Of a DNA stretch of 64,000 nucleotides, positions 16,501 through 30,600 are shown one piece after another. Within the stretch, counting starts at the first letter, position 1; each line of letters begins with the position of its first letter. Made by a program: the position numbers and the translations under genes. Source of the DNA: the human T2T-CHM13v2.0 reference genome, Homo sapiens. The notes below the pieces were generated by a model. That model did not search any database, had not been told where the DNA came from, and worked only from the letters and a program-made list of their open reading frames with translations. The stretch lies in assembly GCF_009914755.1 (NCBI RefSeq), contig NC_060939.1, one strand, 5' to 3'.

Positions 16501-18971
16501 GGATGGTTTTGCCAGATGGAGTAGTCTTGGTTGGCAGTCTTTTTTCTTTTAGCATTTTGAATATATTGAACCCACTGATAGTCTTACGGTGGTTATGATA
16601 AATGTGCTGATAGTCTTATGGAGGCTCTCTGGCACATAATGAGTCTCTTCTCTTGCTGCTTTCAAAATTCTCTGTTTTTGACATTTTGATTATAATGTAT
16701 CATGATGTGAATGTCTTAGGGTTCCTCATAGTTGGAGTCCATTGGTCTTCTTGAATCTGATGTTCATTCTCATCCCTTACTTGGGAAGATTCAGACATTA
16801 TTTCTTTAAATAAGCTTTCTGCCCCCTTTCCCTCTTCTTCTTCTCCTTCACTCTCTTGTTTTTGAACTCCAATAATGCATAAACTGGTCTGCTTGATGGT
16901 GTATCACAAATCCCTTAGGCTTTCTTCACTTTTTAAAAGTAATATTTTTGTTGTTGTTCCTTTTTCTGAAGAATTTCAAATGACCTCTCTTTGAGTTTGC
17001 TGGTTTTTTTCTTCTGCTTAATCAAGTCTGCTGCTGAACCCCTCTAGTGATCTTTTCAGTTCAGTTATTGTATTCTTCAGGTCCAAAATTTCTGTCTGCC
17101 TCTTTTTAATATTTTCTTTCTCTCTGTTGATATTCTGACTTTGTTCATGGATGGTATTATTGAGCTCATAGAGCATCTTTATTATACTTATTTTGAATTC
17201 TTTGTCAGTTAATTCATATGCCTCTGTTTCTTTAGGATCTGTTTCTAGATATTTATTTTGTTTGTTTGTTTGGGCCATGTTTCCCTGATTCTTTTTGAGT
17301 TTCATAACTTTGTGTTGGGATCTATGCATCTGAAAAACAGCCACCTCTCCCTTTCCTTACAAACTGGCTTCATACAAGGGAAGAATCACACCAACCAGCC
17401 CAAATAGAGATTCTGGGGGTCTCCAAAACCTTCTGTGGGGGGACGTGACTTTTCTGGGCCTGTGTGTTCAATTTTTCAATTACAGAGGTTTGCCAGTTTT
17501 TCAGGAACTTGTAATCTCTTGCTCCTTCTGATGTCTGTGGCACTGCAAGTTCTCTGGTTCTATAGCAGCAAGCCACCCCACTATCCCTTGTTGTCCATGG
17601 TCACAGGCATCCAAGGTATGCCAGCTTCCTTTCAGTGCCCCAAGTGGCAGGACAGATAACTGGTTTATCAGGTATCCCTCCAAAAAGCTGGAATTCTGGA
17701 CACACTTCACTCCCCTCCCTCCCTTCTGAAGGAGAACCTTCAAGTTGTGTACTTTCTCCTATTTGTACTGAGGAGTGCCAGCTGCAGCAAGCTATCCTGT
17801 GCTCTTCTTTGTTCTCAGTGGCTCCTGGCATCCAAAATATGGCAGTACCATGAGCACTCCATGTGAAGTGAGACAGAAACCAGTCCCTCAGGCAACCCAC
17901 TGAAAAGCCAGAACATGGCATGCAAGCTCTACTCTCCTCTTTCCCCCATTCCCCCAAGGGAGAGGTCATGAGACATGGAATTCCTTCCTGCCACTGAGCT
18001 ATGCTGATTTGGGTAAGGAGATGATGCAGATAAAGTGAAATTGTTCTTCTTACCAGTTTTGACATGACTGTTTTCAGCTCTATGCTCACCTGAGGTACTG
18101 CAACTTTTGAAGTGAATTCTGTGGTTCTCATAAAGGTATTTTGGTCAATATAGAGTTGTTAATTCTGTGTTTCTTTTGGGGGAACAAGGGCTGGGACTTC
18201 CTATTCTGCCATCTTGCTGATGTCACCACTCACATGGGCTTTGATTGCATCATTTGTCTCAAAACTGCCAATGCCTCCCCACTGCCTGGCAAATTAGGCA
18301 TTTCTACCCCATATTGATGGCTCTAACTTACCTTTCCCAAGATAATTTTCTGTCTACAGGCATTCTTTGCTACTGTCATTCATCTTCTATTGGCTTAATA
18401 CCATTCTATTACTCTGTCTGCACCTATGGTTCCTTCTCTATACTCCAAATGTCCCCCTTTTGAAATCTTGCCTTCTTTCAAGGTTTGCTTTACATGATGG
18501 ACCCTATAAGAAACCTTCTTAGTTTGCCTCAACCAGAATGACCTCTCTGTTCTGAGAAACACCATAATGCTTTGGTTGAACCATTCTTATCTCATTCAGC
18601 TTTATATTATAATTATTTAAGCACTTGTTTTATTAAATTATCAGCACTCTGAGAGCAAGGACTATGTATGTGATATTGAACAACAAACAGCTGCAAATTC
18701 CTTTATTTCTATATAGCAGGTATTCATTTAATTCATTGAATTGAATTGAAAAGGGCAGAAAGAGGCTGTCCTCTGCTTGATACTCCAGGGTGGCCTCCTA
18801 CTCTAACCCCTCCACTACCCTCTAGTTAGCATGTCCTGCTCCAGCTGGAAGGTTCCAGAAAAAGCAAATACTTAGCCTTGAGCACTATTCAATACCAGGT
18901 TTTGGAAATCATTCAGGGTATGCTTAATAGAACAACATCCTGTGAAACCTCTAATGAGAAGTCAATGATAC

Positions 18972-19225
18972 CTTGCCTTCAGGATCCACCAGGAGAAGAT
19001 GTTTTGCTTGGCCTCCCTGTAGTCCACTCAGCACATATTGGCCAGGGGATGTTGCACTCTCTCGAACCAAAAAGTCCCCATCCTTTACCAAGAGGCTCTC
19101 TGCCGCCTTCCTGCTCAGCTTGCCATGATAGCATTCTTCGCTCCACAGCTGCTGCTTAATGTGTGGCAAAGAATGTGAGCTGGCAGGCTGGGCTGTGGCA
19201 CCCGGCTGAACAGTTTCTGGTGCCT
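18972..19225 (-). CDS. SHC4: SHC4 exon 11, SH2 domain core
   Basis: ttcag|AG GCA CCA...GGC AAG|gtatca; 254 nt; encodes [25 protein letters not shown] (SH2 FLVRES signature); overlaps ORF 18951..19169. Confidence 0.97.
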
Positions 19226-20067
19226 CTGAAGTCAGAACACAAAGAGAGACATCATCGAGTTACCTCTTCATCCATCCATTCATTCATTTATTCACTCAGT
19301 AAATATAACCTGAGGTCCTACTGTGTGCCAGCCATTGTTTAAATAATACTGCTTGGGGAACAAATGAGGTTTTTGTTTTCAGAACTCCCAACAGGCTTTA
19401 ATTTAATGGTAGATCCAAACATTGCCTTTGGCTTCTGTTACCAGGGAAGCCTTGCCCAGGTGCAGGAGTTTTTCTTTCAGATGGGAAATGGAACAGACCC
19501 ATGAGAACAGCTTTTATAACTGCAGAGAGAGGCTCTTTATGTCCTAGGGGTTGCATGTTAAAGAGAAAAAGGCTTATGCTGTACCTGGATTACAAATAAT
19601 TTCTACAATGTTTCCAAACGCTTTGAAAATAGCTATAATAACTTCAGGCCATCCCCACTTTTTAGCATTTAGCTCTTGTCCCACCTTTTTAAAACCAAAT
19701 TATTAGTGTGTGTCTAGTCATTCTTCTGACCCAAAACTTCAAAACTTTGCTAAACCTCACAGCATTCCCACTAAAGGACTACTTTGTTGTTTGTGTCATT
19801 CACCTGCCTGGACAAAAACAGTTGATGAGGTAAAAGAAGACAAATCATCAGGGAGGAACAGCCCAAGGCAGCTCCCCAAGGCGCTGCTGAATAAGTGTTG
19901 TCCAGAGTTGAGAGCACTGGGGATGGGAAGGGACCTCCAGTTAGCAGTTTACAGTACTATCCACACTCATAATAGTGATAATAGTTACTGCGTAGTTCTC
20001 ATTTATCAAGTGTGATAGAAACTGCTAAATGCTTTATATACATTATGTTGTTTAACTCTCAAAATTA

Positions 20068-20406
<339 letters not shown>

Positions 20407-21399
20407 AGGAAGGTTAAGGGACTTAAATTTACACTGCTAATAGTTGTAGATCTGAAATTCGAAACAAGGTCATCTGACTCCAAAGCCTAGATTCTTAATT
20501 ACTAAACTCTAAGGTCCTTGCCTTGGATGTGAAAATCTTTCTTTTAGTAGAATCTAGCCACTCTGCTTTAGTAGTACCCACAGAGGTCCCTAGCAGGTAG
20601 CAAGGCTAATCTTACTTGGGGTAGCCTTCAGCATCTCCAGAACTAATAATGTAAAATTCTTATGTCTGAAACCAGGTTCTTATATCTGAAACTTGTATGT
20701 TTAATAAGGCAAATTTACCAGGAAAATAACCATAGAAACTAGACTTTGTTTCTTTTTTTTTGTTTTTTTTTAAACACAAAGCGTCTTTGAAATAGAAACC
20801 AGTCTTTATCTTTATAAACACAAAGAAGTGTTTATGTGTCCTTAGGTAAGGGTCTTGCAAATGAGAAATTATCTTGACTATGAGTTTGTATGACTACAAT
20901 TTACACACGATCATCCCATGAAGTCACTGGTGTAGGCAACCAGTGTGCTGTAGTCGTAATTCAATTCTACTGTTAATACGTTATAGTTTTGTCCCTACTT
21001 GAGGGCTTCTTTCTGCACACAGTTATAATGAGTATTCACAAACAGATCTTTTAAAAAATATCATTAATCTAAATCTAATGGCTGGAAACACTCTCTTCTA
21101 CAATCAAATCTTTCTATTGTTGCCAGAAATAGCCTGACAAAATGTATGCAGATTTGATGAATAATACTTGTAACTGGCCTTAGTGCTGCCTGCTTTCAGG
21201 CACAATGGATAACTTCTAATGAGTAGCCATGTGTGTGTTTGTGTGTGTGAAAAAGTGTGTGAGTGTGGGAGGAATGCATGCACGCAGTGTGTGGGTATAC
21301 ACGTCTTAATGCGTGATGGCTTTTGGTCTATTCTGAGATTATGGTGAAGAGCTTTTGGACAAAGACAAAACAATAGAAAAAGAGACATTATATCATCTT

Positions 21400-22150
21400 G
21401 AAAAGAGGCAACGGATCGTGGGCCAACCAGAGGAAATGGACAATGTTTCCCTAACAGTTTCCCAAATTAGCAGAAGGACAAGATACTCCGCTGGGAGATT
21501 TCAATCATCCAAACATTTGCTGAAAATCTGATTCTGCCAGAATAGATAACAATTTGTTTATTTTGCTTAATTTTAAAAGTTACACATACTAGCTTTTTAA
21601 AATCTAGGAAAGAGAAAAACAAATAAAATTAATCACCTATGGTCTCATCACTAAATAAAACCGCTCTTAACACTGTGGTACATTATCTATTATCTTGCTC
21701 CTTTTCTAATGCATAAGTTGACTTTGACAATAATAATTATAATCTAAATATGGTTATTTATATATAATTTATGTGTAATATTTAATAAATTGCTGAATTG
21801 ATATAATCATATTTTCTGAGAAGAAGTAGTGGAGGTTAAGGAAGTAATAAGGAAGGCCAATCTAGATTTAATTGAAACCATAAAAAAGTGATAGGACTTA
21901 TAGAAGATAGTAATCATATCATCTTGGAGTTCCTATTGGCACTTAAAGACATATTGTTCACAATCAGACCTTCAAGAAAGCACAGTATAGATATGGCTAT
22001 CCACACCCAAATGGATCTAATGGGCAAAAACCTCTAAAAGGGAAAATACAGTTTAAGGAAGAGAAAAAAATCTAACACGCAAAATCTGGATTAAATAATT
22101 GAAAGTAATCTCAATGAGAAAGAAAGGATGAGACATTTAAAGAAACCAAT
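21400..22150 (+). mobile_element. Ancient CR1/L3 LINE endonuclease-region remnant (interrupted)
   Basis: ctgggagatttcaatcatccaaacatttgc translates LGDFNHPNIC (CR1 GDFNxPxICW motif); later LDLI-like and FKKA-like segments. Confidence 0.55.
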
Positions 22151-22399
22151 ATGAACTATAAAGATGGCACACTGATGAATCCCATTTTTTAAAAGCACCT
22201 GTATACAATTTTTATAGTATTAATTATTATTTTAGCAAAGCACTGGAAAAATTGATATGTCCATCAATAAGGGACTGACTACATAAATCATGATGCACTC
22301 ATACAATAGAATACTATAGAGCAATTTAAAATAGTGAAGATTGTATGTTTATACAGACACATTTCTAAAAGAGAAGAGTAAAATAAGGAGGTATACAAG

Positions 22400-22622
22400 G
22401 GGATTATTATAACTGAGAGCTGAAACAAGAAAGCGGAGTGTTGTCTTATTTGACATCAGCTGAGAATGTGCACATTGGGTGATTGAAAATTTTTGTTGCT
22501 CCGTGCATGGCCACAAATGACGCAAAAGGACCATGAGTATTGATTTTGGAGTTACAACTAAATTTTAGCAAGTAAGCTAATTCTCAAATATGGAATCTGT
22601 GAATAATGATAATTGACTGTAT
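22400..22622. mobile_element. Tigger-type (MER82-like) DNA transposon end
   Basis: ...aaatatggaatctgtgaataatgataattgactg followed by TA. Confidence 0.6.
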
Positions 22623-23439
22623 ACTGTTTATTAGTATGGATTACTGGGTGTATGAAAACCCTAAAATAAAAATGTATTTGCATTGAAAGGAAAAATATGT
22701 TCATTTACACAAAGTACCTGAACATTTGGTAGAAAAAGATGTTAACATGAAATGTTAAGCATAAATGAGAGAGAGGTTCAGATAGTACCCAGAGAAAAAT
22801 TATTTGCAATGTAAAGGAAGAATTAAATGTCTGTCAGACATGTTACAAAGGCATAGCAATTAGTATATAGTAATTAAGATGCTGGTTGAGAAAAGGCAAG
22901 TGCTCCAATAGAAAAAACATAATAAAGATCCCAGAAACAAATTCACATATATACTAAGAGCTTGATATAATAGAAAGTAGCATCAGGGAAAAGAGGAGAC
23001 TACTCAATCAATAGTGTTTGGAAAATTGACAAACATGGATAAAATTAAGTTAGATCCCCAACCTCACATAATCTATAAAGGTCAAGGGGAATAAATATTT
23101 TATTATGAAAATAAAACTATGAAGCCAATATTTAAAAAATATAATAGATGTTGGATAAAAAAGAGAAAATTTAATCCAAAGCAAGTAGAAGGAAAACATA
23201 ATAAAAATAAAATGGAAATCAGTGAAATTGAAAACAAAAAACAACAGAGAAAATTAAACCAAAACTTGGGCACATTGGAAAGATAAATAAAATTAATAAA
23301 CCTAAAAGAGGACTGATCAAGTAAAAAGGAGAAAATTACCAATAACAGGAAAGAGAGAAGGGATACCACTATGGATGTTTTAGGCACTAAAAAGACAATA
23401 AAGGAATATTGTGGAAAACTCCACACGGAACTGCCTCTA

Positions 23440-24480
23440 AGCTAATAAAATGGAATCCTGCCAAGTTTTCAAGGAAACTACATCGCCAAAGAAATCACAA
23501 TCCCTTCTAGTCCATGGCTTTTGGCCCCTGAAGCGAACTCTAATCTCTCATGACCACAGTGGGAAATAGCCTGTAAAAGTGGCGAAGCCCCCAAGAAAGG
23601 CACTTTCTCCAACATCTACTTTAAGTATGCACATGAAGAACAATGGTAGGAACAACCCAGATGGCATCATCTGGATCCACAGATGACATTGGCACCAAAA
23701 GTCCTTTCCTAAAGCTGAACCAGGATCCAAGCAAATTGCTTTCTCCACTTCCAGCTCATGTAGTCTTCACAACTCTAGCCTGGCCAGATTTGGTCATCGT
23801 TGTGGACCAGTGACTGCTGTCCCACACTGTTGCATTCCTCCCTTTTGTGAATGTGAGTTTCTACTGCAATTACCTTATTACTTTTCCCCCGCTAATTTGG
23901 GGTATGGAGGGTGGCAGACAACTTGGCAGATAATAAGGATCTTCATCTAATCTTAGATGCTGTAATGGTATAAGTACTTGCAATGTCTTCCTTGGGGAGA
24001 AGGCAAATATGTTCTATGTGAAAAGAAAAGTTCACGAATATTTGTGGCAGAGACAGTCATCTACCAATATCTATCCTCCTTTTCATTACATTACAGAACT
24101 CCTAAATTTAGCTGGGCACCCAGCTAGAGTAATTTTTCTAGCCTTCCTTGCAGCTAGGTGTGGTCACATGTCTATGGTCTGCCAATCGCAGGTGAAAAGA
24201 AATGATGTCTGCCACTTCTGGGTCACATCCTTTAAAGAAATATATATGTGCTCCTCTTGCTTTTCTCCTTTCCCACTAGCTGAATGCAAATGTGATGATG
24301 AGGGCCCAAGCAGCCACTTTGGACCAGAGATGGAAACCAGATGTTGAGAATGACAAAGCTACCCTACCAATCCCGTGGCACTAATCTTTGAGCTTTTAGG
24401 TAAAAGAAATAAATGTCAGCCCTTTTTACACTACAGCATTTGGCGGGGTGGCGGGGGCAGTATTTGTTATGGCAACTGAG
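23440..24480 (+). mobile_element. MaLR internal 3' fragment plus MLT1 LTR (LTR from ~24043)
   Basis: Purine-rich tract, then tgtggcagag...ccttgcagctaggtgtggtcacatg...aataaa...tttgttatggca, typical of old MLT1. Confidence 0.6.
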
Positions 24481-24863
24481 ACAGAAACTAACAATAAATC
24501 AAAACAAAAATTAGTACCAGAACTCAGGGAATCTTTCTGCCATGTTTGGTGAGAATAAAGATTGTGTCAGAACTTTTTTCTGTTGGTAGTGTGACAAGAT
24601 GAACTGAGGAGCCCTAAGAGCATACCTGAGAGACATTAGGTTAGTAACTCTGGATTTGTTTTTGTTTGGTTTGGTTATACTGAATTATCAAAAGCTTTTT
24701 TTTTCTGGCTAAGGGAGGCTAAGTATGCCTAAAGAAGCTAAAGAGGATTTTTGAGGCAGGAAGGAAGAAAATAGAAGGATCCATTATGGGGGAAGGTTAA
24801 AGGTGCAGTTAAGACATTTTATTAAAAAGTATGTATAAAGCTATCCCCACTCCATCTCTTTAT

Positions 24864-24901
24864 TACTAGACAGGTGCTTTAACCAGCTAAGCCACGAAGC
24901 C
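24864..24901 (-). pseudogene. Tailless tRNA-Thr(AGT) 5'-half retropseudogene
   Basis: Minus GGCTTCGTGGCTTAGCTGGTTAAAGCACCTGTCTAGTA ends at the anticodon loop; 16-bp TSD cactccatctctttat (24848-24863) / caccccatctctttat (24903-24918). Confidence 0.88.
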
Positions 24902-25610
24902 TCACCCCATCTCTTTATCAAATGTTCTTAAATCAACATAATTTAAGGTTTTGGAGTTGGATTTATTTTGGAGGGAGCAATGTTGAATTTAACCTCAACA
25001 GGGCAGCAAGGAGCCCAAGAGCGCTATGGTACATTAAATCCTAATAGGAAATAAAGAGGGAGATCGTACCAAAGGCCTAAATTATTAAATATGTTGCCAC
25101 CAAAGCAGGGAAAGGGAGAAAGGTGAGGAAAAAAGGCTAGAGTCAGAGAAAATACATTTTGACATTACAATTTTGGACAAGGCAGACTTTATTTACTTTC
25201 AATGAATGATAGAAATTTTGTTATGTATTAATTTTGCCATTTCATATTATTGAATTGCCTATGACAAAAGGCAAAGTTCCTTTGCTTGGATTATGAATAA
25301 TTTTAACTTTGAAGACTAAATTATAAAGGAACTGGAGTTGTGAATCAAAGAATATTCCAGATCACCTAATTTGGGCCACCCACTAAATAAGTTCTCTGAT
25401 AATATGTGTGGCTCTGAAAAGTCCGTGAAATGAAAGGTATCAAGAATATACTCTTATAAAATCTAAGGTCCAGAAAGGGTTTTTTTCCAAAAAGTTGTAA
25501 CAAACATTACCTATCCACACAGGACATTTCCCATTGCACAGTTGAGTAAGCTTAACAGCAAAAATCTGAATTTGTTTCACATCTCATCACCCGTCACATA
25601 AGATGTCCTC

Positions 25611-26080
25611 TGTGGTAGCCACAGAGATGCACTGCCCAGATCTCCCTTCAAGGAAGCACCATTGCCCCAGGTGTCAGCAGTCAGCCTGCAGCTGACCAGC
25701 CCTTCTGGCTCTGCCTCAGCTGCCCAGGGTTTGACTTTCCTGGTGTGGCCCACATCCCAAGACTGAGATAAATGGGGCTATATACGCTCAGCCATTTGGG
25801 CCCAATGTAGGACAACTCCGACAGACCACATGGGCTTTTTGGTGTTGGCTGAGGCTTTGTCAGGCCTGTGTTGTAGTCCCATCTCCCACTCCAGCCAATC
25901 CTACTTCCTCTCCATTGCTTCCTGATATTGATCCTCTTACAGACCCTGCCTGCCAAGCTTCATCTTAGCATCTGCTTCCAGAGAATCCAGCTTGGTTGAA
26001 TAGGGTGTCAGGAGTGATCTTAGAAAGTCAGCATAAAGAGGGATCACTTGTCACCTGGCTGACAATAAGGACCCCTGGTT
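25611..26080 (+). mobile_element. LTR16-type ERVL LTR with start of internal sequence
   Basis: tgtggtagccacagagatgcactgcccagatctccctt...catctgcttcca, then ggtgtcaggagtg. Confidence 0.6.
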
Positions 26081-26814
26081 CTTAATCTAGACAGTTAAGA
26101 CGGTCTGCTGAGATCCAGGCTCAACAAAATCTTTTAAATTTTGTCTTGCATTGTAGCCACACTAACTGGAAAGCTGTCTTTGGCAGTTCTGGAGAAATCT
26201 CCTGGACTATTAAAAGGATTTTCTTAGTGACTGGCTCTCCATCATTGGAGCAAACCAAATTTGACACCATGCCAATCTCTGAACAAAACAACTTCAATAT
26301 TTTATGAAAAGCATTTTTTGTTTATTTTTCAGTTGATTATAGGCTTTTGGCTTGTTTTATTTTTATTTATGTTCCTGTTTATGATAGTAATTTGGCAGGA
26401 AAGATGTTTGTCTTATTGTATTTTACCCACAGTACATGGGTGAAGAAAGGAGCCAACTTATTTTAGTGCTTTATAGATGACTTATTAAGGGGTTTTGAAA
26501 TGAATAAAATTAATGCTATCCCTAACAGAAACAGTAGCCACTGTGACTCATGCAAATAAACAAATTCAAAATTATCTCCTGGCCTTGACAGCCCTACTTT
26601 CAGCAAAAGTACGTAGTAGAAATCAAAAGTTCGAAGTAAATTTAAAGTATTTGAAAGGATTATTCAAAATCAACATTTCTAAACCTTGAAACCTAAAACA
26701 ACTCCACAAAGCTCTAATCGATATTAACTATGGTGAAGGATGGAGGTAAAGAAAGAAAACTCAATCCCTGAAAATCAGACCAAGAAAATAGCCTTCTTGA
26801 AATATGAGATAGTA

Positions 26815-27590
<776 letters not shown>

Positions 27591-27611
27591 AGACAGTGAG
27601 TAGCTACTTAC

Positions 27612-27791
27612 TTCCGCAGTGCCATGGGCTCCCCAGTGGTTGGGCTGACCTTTGATTTCCAGCAGAGCCAGGTGTACTTTGAAGAGCCTGTGTATTAATG
27701 TAGCAGGGGTCATCAAAGAGATCCACTCGGCACGTGTGCTTCAATAATGAGGTATCTCGCTGGGACTGCACCCCTCTTGGATGGACATTAC
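27612..27791 (-). CDS. SHC4: SHC4 exon 10, CH1 region with FDDPCYINT motif
   Basis: tacag|GT AAT GTC...TGC GGA A|gtaagt; 180 nt, phase 1-1; NVHPRGVQSQRDTSLLKHTCRVDLFDDPCYINTQALQ... with the Shc-family FDDPxYxN motif. Confidence 0.96.
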
Positions 27792-28825
27792 CTGTAGTGA
27801 TTAGTAGTGATCAATACATTATGTTTTTTCTTTGTAAATAGTAAATAAAATCATGTTTGAGTCTAGAATTGATAGAAACCTAAAGGCCATGCCCCACCCT
27901 ATACAATGATTGAACACTTAACTTTTAGGTTTGACTTGGAAAATCAAAATAAGCACCAGTCTCTGAGGGAAAGCCACCCTTTCACTGGGCTTCTTTCCCT
28001 TCTCGGGCCCAGCCCTCAGCTGACCAATTGCATCAACAGCAGACAGAAGACAAGCAGGAAGATCCAAAGAGGACTGACCAGCCGTGGAAGAAAGAGGGCT
28101 GATAGTCTCAGCAAACAGCACAAACCTGCACTCAACACTGCTCAGAGGGGTTGCCCAGGAATCAGGAAAACACACATGTCATATTGAACTTGATTATCTA
28201 TAATTAAACTTTTCAAAACTGATTAATTTTAAATCCTTATTCCCTGTGAACTAAATTAATTTATAAATAAAAAATGAATGAATGAATACAATAAAATTCT
28301 TAAGAGTAGGAAGTCTGGCTTCTCTCTATGCTCAAAGTTTGCTCTTGCCAACCTCAGCCTTGCACCAATTGCTGATGTTTAATTCTGTTATTCAATGAAA
28401 AGAACTCAAGCCTCAGGTTATCTCCTCCTCCTCTATTAATCTGTCCTCTCCCCTTCCATTCTATTCTACACATTGTAGCCCAAATAATCTTTTAAAAACT
28501 GCAAATCCGGTCATATTTCTCAGAGGTTTCACACCTCTTCAATTGCTTCCCATGCTCTTTAACAAGCTGTAGGCCTTGCTCTGTCTACCCAGCTACCCTT
28601 CTTCCTCTCTCCTCCCCAGCCTCTGTCTGGGGTCACACTGGCCTTCCTGCAGTATGATCTCACATCGAAAGGCTGTCTCCTCTAATTAACATGCTCTTCA
28701 CTCCTTTTCTCCATCACTGTCATCCTTCAGATATTAACTTAAACATCTCTTTCTTTAGGAAGGCCTTCCCTGACCTTCCAGACCAGAATAGATCTCTGCT
28801 TTCCTAGCAGTTTGCACTTGACCTC

Positions 28826-29178
28826 TGATATGGTTTGGCTGTGTCCCCACCCAAATCTCACCTTGAATTGTAATAATCCTCATGTGTCAAGGGCAGGGCC
28901 AGGTGGAGATAACTGAATCATGGGGGCAGTTTTCCCTATACTGTTCTCCTTGTAGTGAATGAGTTTCAGATCTGATGGTTTTATAAATGGGAGTTCCGCT
29001 GCACAAGCTCTTTTGCATGCTGCCATGTAAGATGTGCCTTTGCTTCTCCTTTGCCTTCTGCCATGATTGTGAGGCCTCCCCAGCCATGTGGAAATGTGAG
29101 TCCATTAAACCTCTTTCCTTTACAAATTACCCAGTCTTGGGTATGTCTTTATTAGCAGCATGAGAACATATGAATACA
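28826..29178 (+). mobile_element. THE1 (C/D-like) MaLR solo LTR
   Basis: tgatatggtttggctgtgtccccacccaaatctca...aataca; exact TSD acctc (28821-28825 / 29179-29183). Confidence 0.93.
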
Positions 29179-30205
29179 ACCTCCAAAGTCCATATCATGA
29201 CAGTAATTCATTCTGTTATTTATGTTCTATTCTATTATTTAGTTAAACAGAATATGTGCTAGCCATATAGCTAGCCATATGTGCTCACGGTCATCATAAG
29301 GCTGCACCTGAACTAGTGACAGTCCAATGTAAGACAACATTAGTCCTTCTATTGCTTTAGTCATTAAACCTTTTCAGTGTGGTCCAAGGACCAACCACAT
29401 ACTGAATTTCACATCAGGGTGAATAATGCTATGACACTTGTAACTCATAGTATGGAAAGTAAGAATACATCAAGCAGGAGAAGCCCAGTCAGAAGTCTGC
29501 AGTCTTACCACCTGCTTCTCCTTTACTCCTTGTCTGTCAGCTGTTACATGTCATCTTGTCATGTGTCATACTCTGTATGTGGGGTATCCTAAAACACGAG
29601 TGAGGTTTCTACAGAGGGAGGAGTTGACAGGGTGCCTCATCTGTTTTGTACATTTTACCACCTATAAGATAGTTTCCATTTGCTTAGTTAAGTGGATTTA
29701 TAAGTTATATTATCTAGTTTAAACTAAACTTGCTTTTACAAATGGAAAGTGGCTAAAAAATTACTGCAAAGAAATGAAGGATTAAGGATAATTCTTTTAG
29801 TACAAGCTCCTCCTTAGCTGCATTAGGAGCTTATAAACGAGAATGATCTAATCAGATCAGAGCTTTGGCCCCTCAAATGTTCAAATTATCAGGAATTAAG
29901 TGTAGATTTACATCTATTTTCTTTTTCAATAAATGCTCTAAATGCATACTAGACCTTGAGATATTATCTAATGATAGCATCCAGCTGTTGTAATTAGCAA
30001 GTCTTTGTAAAAAATGTTTATTTATCATCTACTCTAACTTTAAATTTTCCTATATTTGTGTTTTATGATATATGCATATTAATATATTAGCACATGTGTA
30101 TACAACTTATACATTATTAAATAACCATTTATGTAGGAGTGCCTGCTCATAAAAATTTACTGAAAGTGAAATATAATCAAAAGTGCTTGAAAGTGGCTTA
30201 AGTCA

Positions 30206-30365
30206 GTTTTTTTTTTTTTAAGTTGACATCTCACCCTGTCACCCAGGCTTAAGAGCATTGATGCAAACACAGCTTACTGCAGCCTCGAACTCCTAGGTTA
30301 AAGTGATCCTCCTGCCTCAGCCTCCGGAGTCACTGGGATTACAGGTGTGAGCTACCGGGCCTGGC
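30206..30365 (-). mobile_element. Alu monomer (FLAM/FAM-like)
   Basis: Single reverse arm; TSD aagtcag(t/c)tttt. Confidence 0.8.
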
Positions 30366-30384
30366 TAGAAGTCAGCTTTTAAAT

Positions 30385-30600
30385 TCATATGGACCTGAGT
30401 TCAAATCCCTGGGGTATCTCTTACTATCTGAGCGGTCTGGGATGAGTTAATTAACCTCTCTAAGACTCAGTTTTCATATCTGTAAAATGTGGGTGCCTAG
30501 CTTAAAATACTGTTGTGAGGACTAAGTGAAATAATGTTGGTGAGACACTTGAGCATAGTGCCTGCCTTATAGCAGGTATTCGATAAATAGTTCCCACTGA
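30385..30600 (+). mobile_element. MIR SINE
   Basis: MIR core: gacctgagttcaaatccc...aacctctctaagactcagttttcatatctgtaaaatg. Confidence 0.75.

Noticed and set aside
17601-18131. 176-aa minus-strand ORF
   Set aside because: Lies in the L1 5' UTR, with no recognisable domain
24864-24901. Functional tRNA gene (also considered for the 54 kb copy)
   Set aside because: 3' half, including T-arm and B-box, is absent in both copies
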